Positions 8,576-18,126 of a DNA stretch of 52,709 nt are shown here, in pieces. Each line of letters opens with the position of its first letter. Position 1 is the first letter of the stretch. The DNA is from Oscillospiraceae bacterium (GTDB lineage Bacteria; Bacillota; Clostridia; Oscillospirales; Acutalibacteraceae). Location: positions 1 to 52,709 of the forward strand of contig SVPK01000001.1 in assembly GCA_015065875.1 (NCBI GenBank), given 5' to 3'. Both the position numbers and the translations under genes were made by a program. The notes beneath the pieces were generated by a model, which was given only the letters and a program-made list of their open reading frames with translations, did no database searches and had not been told where the DNA came from.

Positions 8576-8818
8576 ATGGGTATTTGCGAATTTACGGTTA
8601 ACAGAATTTATGAACTTTGTCGCGAGCGCAAAATTACACCTAATGCCCTCAGCTATATGTGTGGCATTCCGCAGGCAACCATCAAAAGCATTCTAAACGG
8701 GGAGAGTAAGAACCCCGGTATCGTAACTCTCAAGAAAATTTGCGATGGTTTAGAGATTACGGTTATGGAATTTTTTGATACTCCTCAATATAAAGAACTT
8801 GAGCAGGAGCTTAAATAA
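8576..8818 (+). CDS. XRE-family helix-turn-helix transcriptional regulator
   Basis: LCRERKITPNALSYMCGIPQATIKSILNGESKNP is a typical Cro/C1 HTH. ATG at 8576 follows GGGTGA. Confidence 0.8.
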   Translation: MGICEFTVNRIYELCRERKITPNALSYMCGIPQATIKSILNGESKNPGIVTLKKICDGLEITVMEFFDTPQYKELEQELK

Positions 8819-9068
8819 TTAGTTCTTTTGATGCGTTTGCGCCTAATTTACAGGCTTCGTTAAATGCATCTTTAACCTCTAAAAAATGTATTTCCGAGGT
8901 TAGTTCAAATAATTTCTCAAAGCATTTGGTTTGTTCATCATTAAGCATTCGTCGAAGCTCTTGCTCTTTTGCCAGTGCGCTTCGGGCAAGCGCTGAATAA
9001 TCCGGCCTTATGGCAATGCTTTGCTCTGATAGATAATCGGTAAACAGTTTGTTTATTATTTTTTCCAT
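8811..9068 (-). CDS. Hypothetical 85-aa helical protein
   Basis: ATG at 9068 follows GGGGGT. The upstream part of the 145-aa track ORF looks non-coding. Confidence 0.5.
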   Translation of the reverse strand: MEKIINKLFTDYLSEQSIAIRPDYSALARSALAKEQELRRMLNDEQTKCFEKLFELTSEIHFLEVKDAFNEACKLGANASKELII

Positions 9069-9154
9069 AAAATACCCCCGTTCATGTTCTAATTTAATAC
9101 AACAACCCTTAAAAATCTTATGCTGCCAGCATAAAAAAAGAAAAAAGCCGTGTT

Positions 9155-9183
9155 TTGTCTTAAGTTGACAAAGCACGGCTTGT
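9155..9183 (+). promoter_or_regulatory. Sigma-A type promoter embedded in a hairpin
   Basis: TTGACA (9155-9160), 17 nt, TATAAT (9178-9183). Overlaps the hairpin AGCCGTGTTTTGTC/GACAAAGCACGGCT. Confidence 0.6.
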
Positions 9184-9229
9184 TTATTATAATTGAGGCA
9201 AGAAATGCATAGAAATTTGGTGATTTTTG

Positions 9230-9652
9230 ATGGCAAAAGATACAACAAAAATTGTTGAAGAATTGGGACTTTGCTCGGATTTTAAAACCTTTTACAACGA
9301 GAACAAGGAGTATATGGTTAAAGGGGATTTGTCGCAGCTTTTGGATGAGCTTATTATAAAGCATAATCTTAAAAAATCGCAGGTTATACGTGCGGCAGAG
9401 ATGAGCGAGGTTTATGCATATCAGATTTTTTCGGGACTCCGCGTTCCCGAACGAAAAAAACTTCTATGCATTGCCATTGCAATGGGTTTAACCTTGGATG
9501 AGGCGCAAACACTGCTAAAATCTGCGGGATATTCAACACTGTATGTAAAACTGCCGTTCGATAGTGTAGTTTTATATGGTATATGCAAAAAACTATCTGT
9601 TGTTGAAATTAATGAGATTCTCTATGAATACGGATTGGAAACCTTGGGGTAA
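9230..9652 (+). CDS. Helix-turn-helix domain protein
   Basis: KKSQVIRAAEMSEVYAYQIFSGLRVP is HTH-like. Read from the translation only. Confidence 0.6.
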   Translation: MAKDTTKIVEELGLCSDFKTFYNENKEYMVKGDLSQLLDELIIKHNLKKSQVIRAAEMSEVYAYQIFSGLRVPERKKLLCIAIAMGLTLDEAQTLLKSAGYSTLYVKLPFDSVVLYGICKKLSVVEINEILYEYGLETLG

Positions 9653-9657
9653 TAAAG

Positions 9658-10632
9658 ATGAAAATTTGTCCTAAATGTAAATCAGAGATTCAAGAAGAGG
9701 CCCGCTTTTGTCTTTATTGCATGACCTCGTTTGAGGGAAAAGAAGCGGTTGACGAAATAAAGGAAAAGGGCAAACATAGAATATATATCGCGGCCGCAAT
9801 TCTAGCGATTATTGTTATTGCTTTGGGAATCTTTATTTTAACGCAAGGCAAAAATTCTAATACTGCAGAAAACGATACTGATTTTAATTCATCGGCAGGC
9901 GAAAACCAAGGAGCTTACGATGATACTACCGCACCGAATGACGGCGAAGGCAGTAAGCCCGCGGGCGGGGGAGAATCGACCCCTGTTGGAGGCGGTCAAC
10001 CAATCGTTGGCCCCCAAAGCGGCAGTTTGAGTTCTAACCCATCGGGCAGTGTAAATACCGGTGCTTCATCTGCGGGAAGCACAACGCAAAGCGGAGCTTC
10101 GTCGAATAATTCAACCCCCACTACTTCAACTAATTCGACCAACTCAACAAGCAGCGCGCCACCCGTAACACAACCAAAATTCTCCTACATCGAGGCAACC
10201 ATAGAAAACGCCTACCCAACGGGGCATAGCGCTATGTATGCTCCCGAAAATGCAATTGTTATAACCAAGGTTAATTATATCGAAAATAGTGGAAACTATG
10301 TTATTCCGGAAACGGTTGACGGTAAAAAGGTTGCCGCTGTTATGCCGTCGGCTTTTGCAGATTCGTCGGTAAGCGCTACCGTTAAATCTGTTACATTGCC
10401 GAGCACGGTTAGAACCATTTGGAGCGACGCATTTAAGAATTGCCGCAATCTTACCGATTTATATATAAAATCTACCGTCATCGGTATATACGAGGATGCG
10501 TTTGTTGATTCATCGAATCGAGCGGGTAAACTAACCATCCATTGTAAGCGGGATTGCAGAGATTTTAATTTTTATTATTATAGAAATATAGCCGACCGCT
10601 ATGATGCAAACTATGAGGAATGGAATGGTTAA
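9658..10632 (+). CDS. Zinc-ribbon / TM / low-complexity / BspA-type leucine-rich-repeat protein
   Basis: N-terminal CPKCKSEIQEEARFCLYC, then a TM helix, then an S/T/G-rich linker. C-terminal LRR-like segment IPETVDGKKVAAVMPSAFADS..VKSVTLPSTVRTIWSDAFKNCRNLTDLYI. Confidence 0.7.
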   Translation: MKICPKCKSEIQEEARFCLYCMTSFEGKEAVDEIKEKGKHRIYIAAAILAIIVIALGIFILTQGKNSNTAENDTDFNSSAGENQGAYDDTTAPNDGEGSKPAGGGESTPVGGGQPIVGPQSGSLSSNPSGSVNTGASSAGSTTQSGASSNNSTPTTSTNSTNSTSSAPPVTQPKFSYIEATIENAYPTGHSAMYAPENAIVITKVNYIENSGNYVIPETVDGKKVAAVMPSAFADSSVSATVKSVTLPSTVRTIWSDAFKNCRNLTDLYIKSTVIGIYEDAFVDSSNRAGKLTIHCKRDCRDFNFYYYRNIADRYDANYEEWNG

Positions 10633-10636
10633 GGCT

Positions 10637-11338
10637 ATGACGAGAGATACATATTTAGCTGAACTTTTTAAAGTGTATTCTTTGGTATCTGTATTGAGCG
10701 ATAAGAACGAATGTAAGGTTCTGCGCGTTAGAAATAAAAAGAGCGAATGTGATATGGTTGTTAGGAGCTTTCCTTCGGCCATTGCGGCATATGAGGAGTT
10801 ATATAAAATCAGCTCGCAAAACCTGCCTTTGATTTATGATGTTATCAATTGCGATGACGGACAGATTGTATTAGAGGAGTTTATTGATGGCGTTACTGTT
10901 TCCGAGGTTATGGAAAGCGGGAACTATCATTATTTAGGAACACGCAGGGTTATTCGTGCGGTTTGCAATGCTCTGGAAATTTTGCACAAAAAGAAACTCG
11001 TTCATAGAGATGTGAAGCCCGAAAACGTTTTGATAGGCAGGGATGGAAGGGTTGTTTTGATTGATTTCAATGCGGCTCGAAAAATTTCTGTTTCGAGTAA
11101 GGATACCGTTATTATGGGCACCGTTGGTTATGCTTCTCCCGAACAATTGGGGGTTGCTCAAAGCGATGCCCGAACCGATATTTATGCCGTTGGTGTTTTG
11201 CTTAATGTTATGATAACAGGGAAACACCCAAGCGAGAAAATAGCAAAAGGTAAGGCGGGCAAAATTGTTCGCAAATGCACAAGTGTTAATCCCGATGAAC
11301 GCTATCAATCGGCAGAAAAGCTTGCAAGGTCTTTATAA
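10637..11338 (+). CDS. Short Ser/Thr protein-kinase-like protein with an atypical N-lobe
   Basis: HRDVKPENVL, DFN in place of DFG, and GTVGYASPEQ are present. No GxGxxG loop. The VAIK lysine position reads MVVRSF. The start (10601, 10625 or 10637) is uncertain. Confidence 0.75.
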   Translation: MTRDTYLAELFKVYSLVSVLSDKNECKVLRVRNKKSECDMVVRSFPSAIAAYEELYKISSQNLPLIYDVINCDDGQIVLEEFIDGVTVSEVMESGNYHYLGTRRVIRAVCNALEILHKKKLVHRDVKPENVLIGRDGRVVLIDFNAARKISVSSKDTVIMGTVGYASPEQLGVAQSDARTDIYAVGVLLNVMITGKHPSEKIAKGKAGKIVRKCTSVNPDERYQSAEKLARSL

Positions 11339-11554
11339 AAAAATTGCAATAATAATGTCAACATATTTTGACAATAATTTTCATTAATGTTAGTGATTTA
11401 TCGAAATTTTTTAATGTAAAAGCGCAAATGTAACAAAACGTCACATTAATGCCGTTGGTTTAGTTATATACTATAAATGAAGTGTTGTAGTTAAATATTT
11501 TTAGTTTCTCCTCATAATTGCTACATTTCTATCAAATATTAGGGGTTGATTTTA

Positions 11555-11977
11555 ATGAAAACCGCAATGAAACACATTAATGCAATTTTTGCAGGCGTTA
11601 TTGCTATTTCTTTCTTCCTTCCTTATATCTCTATTGATTGGGGAATGGGCTATAGCACTAGCTTTAGCTTCTTTAAGCTTCTTACCGATGGTTCCGGAGA
11701 TGGTATGCTCTGGATAATTCTTGTTCTTTTGGGAACTGTTGCTCTTGGTATCAATGCCTATATTTCGGCAGTTGCCAAATATAGCAAATACATAAACCTT
11801 GTAGCACCCATCGTTGTAATTTTCTCTGCCTTCATGTCTATGCGTGATGGTTTAGATTTTGCAGGTTTTGGTTTCTGGCTTATCGTTATCGTTGCTGTTC
11901 TTGCTATTGCTGTTGCAGTTATCAAGATGCTCGGTCTTAAGGGCAATCCGGTATTCGATGCCATTAACGAAGACTAA
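11555..11977 (+). CDS. Hypothetical multi-pass membrane protein
   Basis: Four hydrophobic segments. RBS AGGGGT. A terminator follows at about 12019-12055. Confidence 0.6.
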   Translation: MKTAMKHINAIFAGVIAISFFLPYISIDWGMGYSTSFSFFKLLTDGSGDGMLWIILVLLGTVALGINAYISAVAKYSKYINLVAPIVVIFSAFMSMRDGLDFAGFGFWLIVIVAVLAIAVAVIKMLGLKGNPVFDAINED

Positions 11978-12149
11978 TTCATAGGTTTTATAGATTTTGA
12001 GGAGAAAATAATACTTAACACTCGGGCACCCGCTAACTGCGGGTGCTCTTTTTTATATCGAAAATTCGCAAAACAATAAAAAACTTGACAATTTTTGCAT
12101 TTTGGTTAAATATATATGTATACCTTATAAAGGTTTAGGAGGAAAATTT

Positions 12150-13772
12150 ATGAAAAAGAAGTATATTGGTAATATACTTACTGTTTTGGTAGTTGTTGGA
12201 GTCTTGGCAACTGCAATTACTGTAGCTGTTAAGGGTATTACCACAACAGCAACTCTTTGGGCAATGCTACCGCCCATTGTTGCTATCTGACTTGCGCTTA
12301 TAACAAAAGAGGTTTATTCTTCGTTGTTCTTTGGTGTTGTTATTGGTGCGATTCTTGCCTGTGGCGGAAATGCCGCAACCGCAGTTGACCACGTTATAAA
12401 CGATGGTCTTATTTCTGCAATATCGGGAACCGCAGGAATATTCTTGTTCCTGGTTATTCTCGGAACCATTGTTGCACTTGTTAATAAGTCGGGCGCTTCG
12501 GCCGCTTTCGGTCGTTGGGCAAAGACCCATATTAAATCGCGTGCCGGTGCACAGGTTGCCGCATTCGTTTTGGGTGTTTTAATATTTATTGATGACTACT
12601 TTAATTGCTTAACCGTTGGTTCGGTTATGAAGCCTGTTACGGATTCTCACAGAGTTTCTCGCGCAAAGTTTAGCTACGTAATTGATGCTACAGCGGCACC
12701 TATCTGTATGATAGCGCCCATAAGCTCTTGGGCTGCAGCCGTTACATCCTATACAGAGGGAACAGCTATTGAAGGACAGGGCTTTGAGTATTTTATAAAG
12801 GCCATTCCTTATAACTTCTATTCGCTTTTAACCATTGTTTTTGTTTTGGCAATTATCTTTATGAAGGCTGATTTCGGTCCTATGCGTCGTCATGAGCTTA
12901 ATGCTATTAATAATGGTGACCTTTTCTCAACCGATGAGCGCGTTGAAACAACCGAGTCTGAAACCAATCCGCGCGGTCGCGTTATCGACCTTATACTGCC
13001 GATAATTGTTTTAGTAGCTATTTCGGTTGTTGGTCTTATCTATGTTGGCGGATTCTTTACTGCCGGAGAAACAAAGGGCAACTTTGTTACCGCCTTTGCC
13101 GGAACCGATGCAACCGTTGGTTTGCCTTGGGGCGCAATGCTTGCTTTAATTCTTATTATCGGTTATATGCTTGTTCGCAGACTTATAACCTTCAAGGGCG
13201 CTATGGATTGCATCCCGCTCGGCTTTAAGGCTATGGTTCCTGCAATAACCATTTTAACCCTTGCAACCTCGCTTAAGAACATATCTAACGGACTTCTTAA
13301 TGCTTCGGGATATGTTGAAGTTCTTATGAAGAGCGAAGCTGCCCAGAATATGGCATCGTTCCTGCCTGCAGTTATCTTTGTAATTGCTTGTGTTCTTGCT
13401 TTTGCGACCGGAACAAGCTGGGGAACCTTCGGTATCCTTATTCCGATTGTTTGCACCATGTTCAAGGTTGGCGACCCGATGCTTGTTATCTGCATGTCGG
13501 CATCCCTTGCAGGTGCAGTTTGCGGCGACCATTGCTCGCCCATAAGCGATACAACCATTATGGCTTCTGCAGGTGCCGAATGTGTTCACGTTAACCATGT
13601 TTCAACCCAGTTGCCCTATGCAATAACCGTTGCGGTTATAAGCTTGGTTTGCTACATTGTTGCAGGATTCGTTAAGAATGCATATATCTGCCTTGCAATT
13701 GGTGTTGTATTAATCATTGGCTTCCTCGCTATCGTTCGTATGATGAATAAAAAGCGCGAAGCAAAGGCATAA
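12150..13772 (+). pseudogene. nhaC: NhaC-family Na+/H+ antiporter interrupted by an in-frame TGA at 12288-12290
   Basis: Track ORFs 12102-12290 and 12324-13772 are in the same frame. The sequence reads LPPIVAI-TGA-LALITKEVYSSLFFGVVIG continuously. Only the upstream ATG (12150) has an RBS, AGGAGG. Confidence 0.8.
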
Positions 13773-13784
13773 TTTTTAAAAATT

Positions 13785-13819
13785 AAAACAGCCCGAATAT
13801 AAGTTCGGGCTGTTTTTTT
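13785..13819. terminator. Bidirectional terminator
   Basis: CAGCCCGAA/TTCGGGCTG hairpin flanked by A and T runs. Confidence 0.75.
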
Positions 13820-15086
13820 ATTTTTTCTTTGCTTCGGCTATTTTTTTGCTTTGAATTTTAAATATCTCTTCGGTTGCTAGAGATAGCTTTGTGATAACAT
13901 TTTCGAGCGAGGGATAGCAATAAAAAGAATCCTTTTCGGTTGAGATATCAATACAGTCGAAGGGTTTTATATAGCAATAATCATATTCGATATGAACACC
14001 ATACATCTCGTGCGGTTTTCGCTGAATTCGATATGGTGCGCCGTTATATGTTCCCTCAAGAACGAAACCGTTTTCGCTATCATGGGTTAGTTTGGCTTTG
14101 CCAAGGTCATTAAATCGCATACAGGCGGGGAGAGAATAAACCTCAACCTCATCGCTGAAGGAGTATGTTCCGTTTTCGATTTGCTTTCGAACCTGGGCGC
14201 GTTGCCATTCATACCAATCGGGAATATGCGAAAATTCGGTTTCTCCCGCAAGAGCGGCGAGGGAACCATCGGTATTCAGGTTCCAACGTTTGCCGCATTC
14301 CAGGCAGAAAATTTCGCTATTTTCGGAGCGCATAACATGTTCCTTGCCGCAGGCCGGGCATTGATATAAAACCTTATGAAGTCCTTCGGCTCGGAAATCC
14401 TCGGTAATCTCGATGTTTTGTTCCTTTTGCCACTTATATTCATCGTATGCCATTGCCGAGCGAACTGCATTATTGATCTCGTCGACACTCATTTTTTCAA
14501 CATCCTCGGCCGAAAGGATTTGAGTCATGGTTGTATAAAGCGGAACCCGTCGCGGCTTTCGGTAGTTCCAAAAAGGGGTGTGCAGATAGTTGCCGTGATG
14601 AAGCAGAACAACCACGGGAACCTTATTAAGCTTTATAAGCTTACCGAGCGAATCGGGAAGAATTGCGGTTGTTCCGATGGGCGAATATCGCGCCTCGGGA
14701 TACATACATAGAATGTCTCCCTTTTTAAGAACATGGCGGATAGATTTAATAAGGTGCAGGTCATTGGTGAATTTTCTTTTGCAGATGCAACCAAGCAGCT
14801 CCATAATCCAGGGGCGGCGATAATATCCATCAATGGTTGCAACATTATTAACTCGATGGGGGAAGGTTGCGAGGGCAGAGAGCTTAAAATCGACAAAATA
14901 CATGTGGTTACTAAGCAGAATATATGGCGGCTTTAGTCCTTCCATATTGATTTTTTCTACTCGGTAGGGAACACGCGGCATGGTCAACTTGCAGAGCGCA
15001 TATAGCAAGAATGTCATAATTCGCGGCTGTCTAATTGGAAATTTAGACGTTTTGTAATATTTTTTCTTTTTATAATTAACCTCCAT
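13818..15086 (-). CDS. Lysophospholipid (PlsC-type) acyltransferase family protein with a C-terminal zinc ribbon
   Basis: HxxxxD motif in LSNHMYFVDF. CPACGKEHV..FCLECGKRW. ATG at 15086 follows GGAGGGG. Confidence 0.7.
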   Translation of the reverse strand: MEVNYKKKKYYKTSKFPIRQPRIMTFLLYALCKLTMPRVPYRVEKINMEGLKPPYILLSNHMYFVDFKLSALATFPHRVNNVATIDGYYRRPWIMELLGCICKRKFTNDLHLIKSIRHVLKKGDILCMYPEARYSPIGTTAILPDSLGKLIKLNKVPVVVLLHHGNYLHTPFWNYRKPRRVPLYTTMTQILSAEDVEKMSVDEINNAVRSAMAYDEYKWQKEQNIEITEDFRAEGLHKVLYQCPACGKEHVMRSENSEIFCLECGKRWNLNTDGSLAALAGETEFSHIPDWYEWQRAQVRKQIENGTYSFSDEVEVYSLPACMRFNDLGKAKLTHDSENGFVLEGTYNGAPYRIQRKPHEMYGVHIEYDYCYIKPFDCIDISTEKDSFYCYPSLENVITKLSLATEEIFKIQSKKIAEAKKK

Positions 15087-15180
15087 AAGAACCCCTCCGT
15101 TCATTTGGATATTTTAATTATAAACTATTATTCGCTATATTACAACAAAAAGCGACAATGGGTGTTTTTGGAATAAAATA

Positions 15181-15207
15181 AGCGGTGCAGTAGGACTGCA
15201 CCGCTTT
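15181..15207 (-). terminator. Terminator after the small membrane ORF
   Basis: GCGGTGCAG/CTGCACCGC hairpin. Confidence 0.7.
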
Positions 15208-15211
15208 AGTT

Positions 15212-15355
15212 TTATTGCTTTTTTCTGTTTGTTGCTTTATTGAGGATGAAAACAGAGAGCATAACGATTAATATAACTGCGAAAATTCCTACCATACATT
15301 TTAGAATAATGGGTAGTGCTATCTTAAGGAGCGGTTGTAAACCCAAAAATTTCAT
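15212..15355 (-). CDS. 47-aa single-TM protein, not in the ORF track; possible small subunit of the Na+-decarboxylase
   Basis: ATG at 15355 lies 7 nt after AGGAGG. Translation MKFLGLQPLLKIALPIILKCMVGIFAVILIVMLSVFILNKATNRKKQ. A terminator follows directly. Confidence 0.6.
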   Translation of the reverse strand: MKFLGLQPLLKIALPIILKCMVGIFAVILIVMLSVFILNKATNRKKQ

Positions 15356-15371
15356 AGTATATTCCTCCTGA

Positions 15372-16481
15372 TTACAAAACTTGTAAAACTAATTTGAGCA
15401 GAAGTCCACCTGCGATAACGGAGGCGATCTGACCTGAAACATTAACACCAATTGAATGCATGAGCAGGAAGTTTTGATTATCTTCAGCAAGACCCATCTT
15501 ATGAACAACACGGGCCGACATCGGGAAAGCCGAAATACCGCAAGCACCAATCATGGGGTTGATTTTCTTTTTTGAGAAAAGGTTCATAAGTTTTGCGATT
15601 AAAACGCCGCCGATGGTATCAAAGATAAATGCAAAGAGACCGAGTCCTAAAATTAAGAGGGTATCGGGTGAGAGGAAATCTTCGGCCTGCATTTTGAAGG
15701 CAACGGTAAGACCGAGCAAAATAGTTATAAGGTTTGCAAGAGCATTCTGTGCGGTTTCGGAAAGGGAGTTAAGAACTCCGCATTCACGAATAAGGTTACC
15801 AAACATTAAGAATCCGATAAGAGCAACCGAGTCGGGTGCGAACAGACCGGTTATAACGGTAACAACAATGGGGAAGAGAATCTTGGTTGTTTTAGAAACC
15901 TTGGTTCCGGTATAATTCATACGAATCATACGCTCTTTTTTGGTTGTCATCATTTTTATAATCGGCGGTTGAACAACAGGAACAAGCGCCATATAAGAAT
16001 ATGCGGCAACCATAATTGCACCAATATAGTTTGATTCTAAAGTATTAGCAACAAATATTGAGGTAGGACCATCGGCCGCACCGATGATACCGATGGATGC
16101 GGCATCCTTAACGTCAAAGAAAAGACAAGCGAGACCAAATGTTAAGAAAATACCGAACTGTGCGGCTGCGCCGAAAATCATAAGCTTGGGATTTGTAAGA
16201 AGCGGTTCGAAATCAATCATAGCGCCGATACCGATAAACAATAAAAGCGGAAATAGTTCGTTAGCTATACCGGCATTAAACAGCGTTTCTATTGTTTCGA
16301 TAGCGCCCGATTTTGGTAGGTTAACAAGAATGGCTCCAAATCCCATAGGGAGCAGAAGGGTAGGTTCCATGTTTTTCTTAATGGCGAGATAAATCAGCAA
16401 TCCGCCAATAAGCCACATAACAACAGGCTTCCATTCAATGTTGGTAACATTTCCAAAAATGTCGTATATAAATTGTTGCAT
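15372..16481 (-). CDS. Sodium ion-translocating decarboxylase beta subunit (OadB/GcdB/MmdB family)
   Basis: Polytopic membrane protein with the family-typical N-terminus WKPVVMWLIGGLLIYLAIKK..EPTLLLPMGFGAILVNLP. ATG at 16481 follows AAGGAG. Confidence 0.8.
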   Translation of the reverse strand: MQQFIYDIFGNVTNIEWKPVVMWLIGGLLIYLAIKKNMEPTLLLPMGFGAILVNLPKSGAIETIETLFNAGIANELFPLLLFIGIGAMIDFEPLLTNPKLMIFGAAAQFGIFLTFGLACLFFDVKDAASIGIIGAADGPTSIFVANTLESNYIGAIMVAAYSYMALVPVVQPPIIKMMTTKKERMIRMNYTGTKVSKTTKILFPIVVTVITGLFAPDSVALIGFLMFGNLIRECGVLNSLSETAQNALANLITILLGLTVAFKMQAEDFLSPDTLLILGLGLFAFIFDTIGGVLIAKLMNLFSKKKINPMIGACGISAFPMSARVVHKMGLAEDNQNFLLMHSIGVNVSGQIASVIAGGLLLKLVLQVL

Positions 16482-16639
16482 TTTTGAATGACTCCTTAAA
16501 TTAATATTTTTATCATTATACAACATTGTTAATTTTTTTACAATACAAAATTAAGCAAAAAATTCCAACATTTTGACTTTACTTTTCGGCATAATAAGTG
16601 TATACTGATATTTGAAAATACTTTTTGGGAGTTGTAATA

Positions 16640-18082
16640 ATGTCAACAATTAATCTTTGCGAAAAAGTAAATGTTCGTTATGAAGCAGATGTTGTTGTAG
16701 TAGGCGGCGGTGTTGCAGGAACTGCAGCAGCTATCGCAGCCGCTCGCGGCGGCAAGAAAACCTTGCTTATCGAAAAGAGCGGTTGTCTTGGCGGTTTGGC
16801 AACAAATGGCCATGTTTCGCCCTTTGATGCACATAAGGATAACGATGGTAATACCTTTGGAGGTATCTGCAAAGAGATTATCGACGGTATGGTTGAACTG
16901 CAGAATAAATGCGGATGCCCCAACAGCGCCGCTAAAAGAGTAGGTCCCCATCTATTTAAAGCAGTTTTGCTTGACCTTGCAACCGAGGCAGGAGTTCGTA
17001 TCCTTTTCCATGCCGATGTTATCAAAACTGTTGCAGAAAATGATGAGATTAAGAATCTGATAATACATACTAAATCGGGCATCGAGGCGGTTGAGGCAAA
17101 GATGTTTGTTGATGCAACCGGCGATGGCGATATTTTTGCCGAGGCGGGCGAAGAGTTTATTATGGGTTGTGAGGCCGATTCAGGTAGCGACCTTAAAAAT
17201 GCAGGCTTTGATAAAATGCATTTCGATATTAACTCTTCCAGCAAATACGGTTGCGAAGAGGTTAAGGATATCCTTGCCGTTCAACCCTGCTCTGTTATGT
17301 TCTCGATGGGTAATGTTGATATGTCGCAAAATCCCATTAAATATAATAACAAGAACCTCAAATTTGAGGATTTGGGCATCGATAGAGAGGAATTTGCTTC
17401 GCTCGAATATGCAGGAACCGTTGGCTTTGAGGATAATGGTGATTTAATTCCTCTGCCGCAGGGTAGAATTCTTTTCTTCCCAACAGGACGCCCCAACGAG
17501 CTTATTGTTAATATGTCGCGCGTTATCGGCGTTGACGGAACCGATGCGGTTGCCTTATCCGAAGCGGCAATTATCGCCCATAAGCAGGTAATTTATCTTG
17601 CCGATTTCTTAAAGAGATATGTTCCCGGATTTAAGGATAGCTATCTTGTTGAATCAAGTAACGTTTTAGGCGTTCGCGAAACAAGAAGACTTATCGGTCA
17701 GAAAATATTAAAGGGTATTGATGCTATTAACTGCGTTCATTCTGATGATGAAATTGCTTGCGGTTCATATATCATCGATATTCATGACCCGTTCGGAAAG
17801 AGCCGTGCTCTCGGCGGAGCAATTCATGGCGCATCCTATGGTATTCCTTATGGTTGTATCGCTCCCAAAACCATTAAGAATCTTTGGGTTTGCGGTCGTT
17901 GCATATCGGTTGACCATATTGCTCATTCAAGCACCCGTATTCAGGGAACCTGCGTTATGACAGGTCAGGCAGCGGGCGCCGCCGCGGCAGTTGCCCTAGA
18001 AACCGGAACAACCGCTCAAACAGTTGATGTTCAGAAGGTTCGTGAGGCCCTTCGCAACGATGGAGTTTTACTTCGTCAGTAA
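16640..18082 (+). CDS. FAD-dependent oxidoreductase
   Basis: Dinucleotide fold VVVVGGGVAGTAAAIAAARGGKKTLLIEKSGCLGG. Confidence 0.75.
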   Translation: MSTINLCEKVNVRYEADVVVVGGGVAGTAAAIAAARGGKKTLLIEKSGCLGGLATNGHVSPFDAHKDNDGNTFGGICKEIIDGMVELQNKCGCPNSAAKRVGPHLFKAVLLDLATEAGVRILFHADVIKTVAENDEIKNLIIHTKSGIEAVEAKMFVDATGDGDIFAEAGEEFIMGCEADSGSDLKNAGFDKMHFDINSSSKYGCEEVKDILAVQPCSVMFSMGNVDMSQNPIKYNNKNLKFEDLGIDREEFASLEYAGTVGFEDNGDLIPLPQGRILFFPTGRPNELIVNMSRVIGVDGTDAVALSEAAIIAHKQVIYLADFLKRYVPGFKDSYLVESSNVLGVRETRRLIGQKILKGIDAINCVHSDDEIACGSYIIDIHDPFGKSRALGGAIHGASYGIPYGCIAPKTIKNLWVCGRCISVDHIAHSSTRIQGTCVMTGQAAGAAAAVALETGTTAQTVDVQKVREALRNDGVLLRQ

Positions 18083-18090
18083 ATAAATTT

Positions 18091-18126
18091 AAAAAGCACC
18101 CTACAAGTCGTAGGGTGCTCTTTTTT
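18091..18126. terminator. Bidirectional terminator
   Basis: GCACCCTAC/GTAGGGTGC hairpin flanked by A and T runs. Confidence 0.8.

Noticed and set aside
12288-12290. TGA recoding (genetic code 4 or 25) or selenocysteine as an explanation for the in-frame stop in nhaC
   Set aside because: TGA clearly terminates other genes here, including lysA at 24911-24913, spoIIGA and the DUF1294 gene. No SECIS-like hairpin follows the codon, and a Sec residue in a TM helix of a transporter is implausible.
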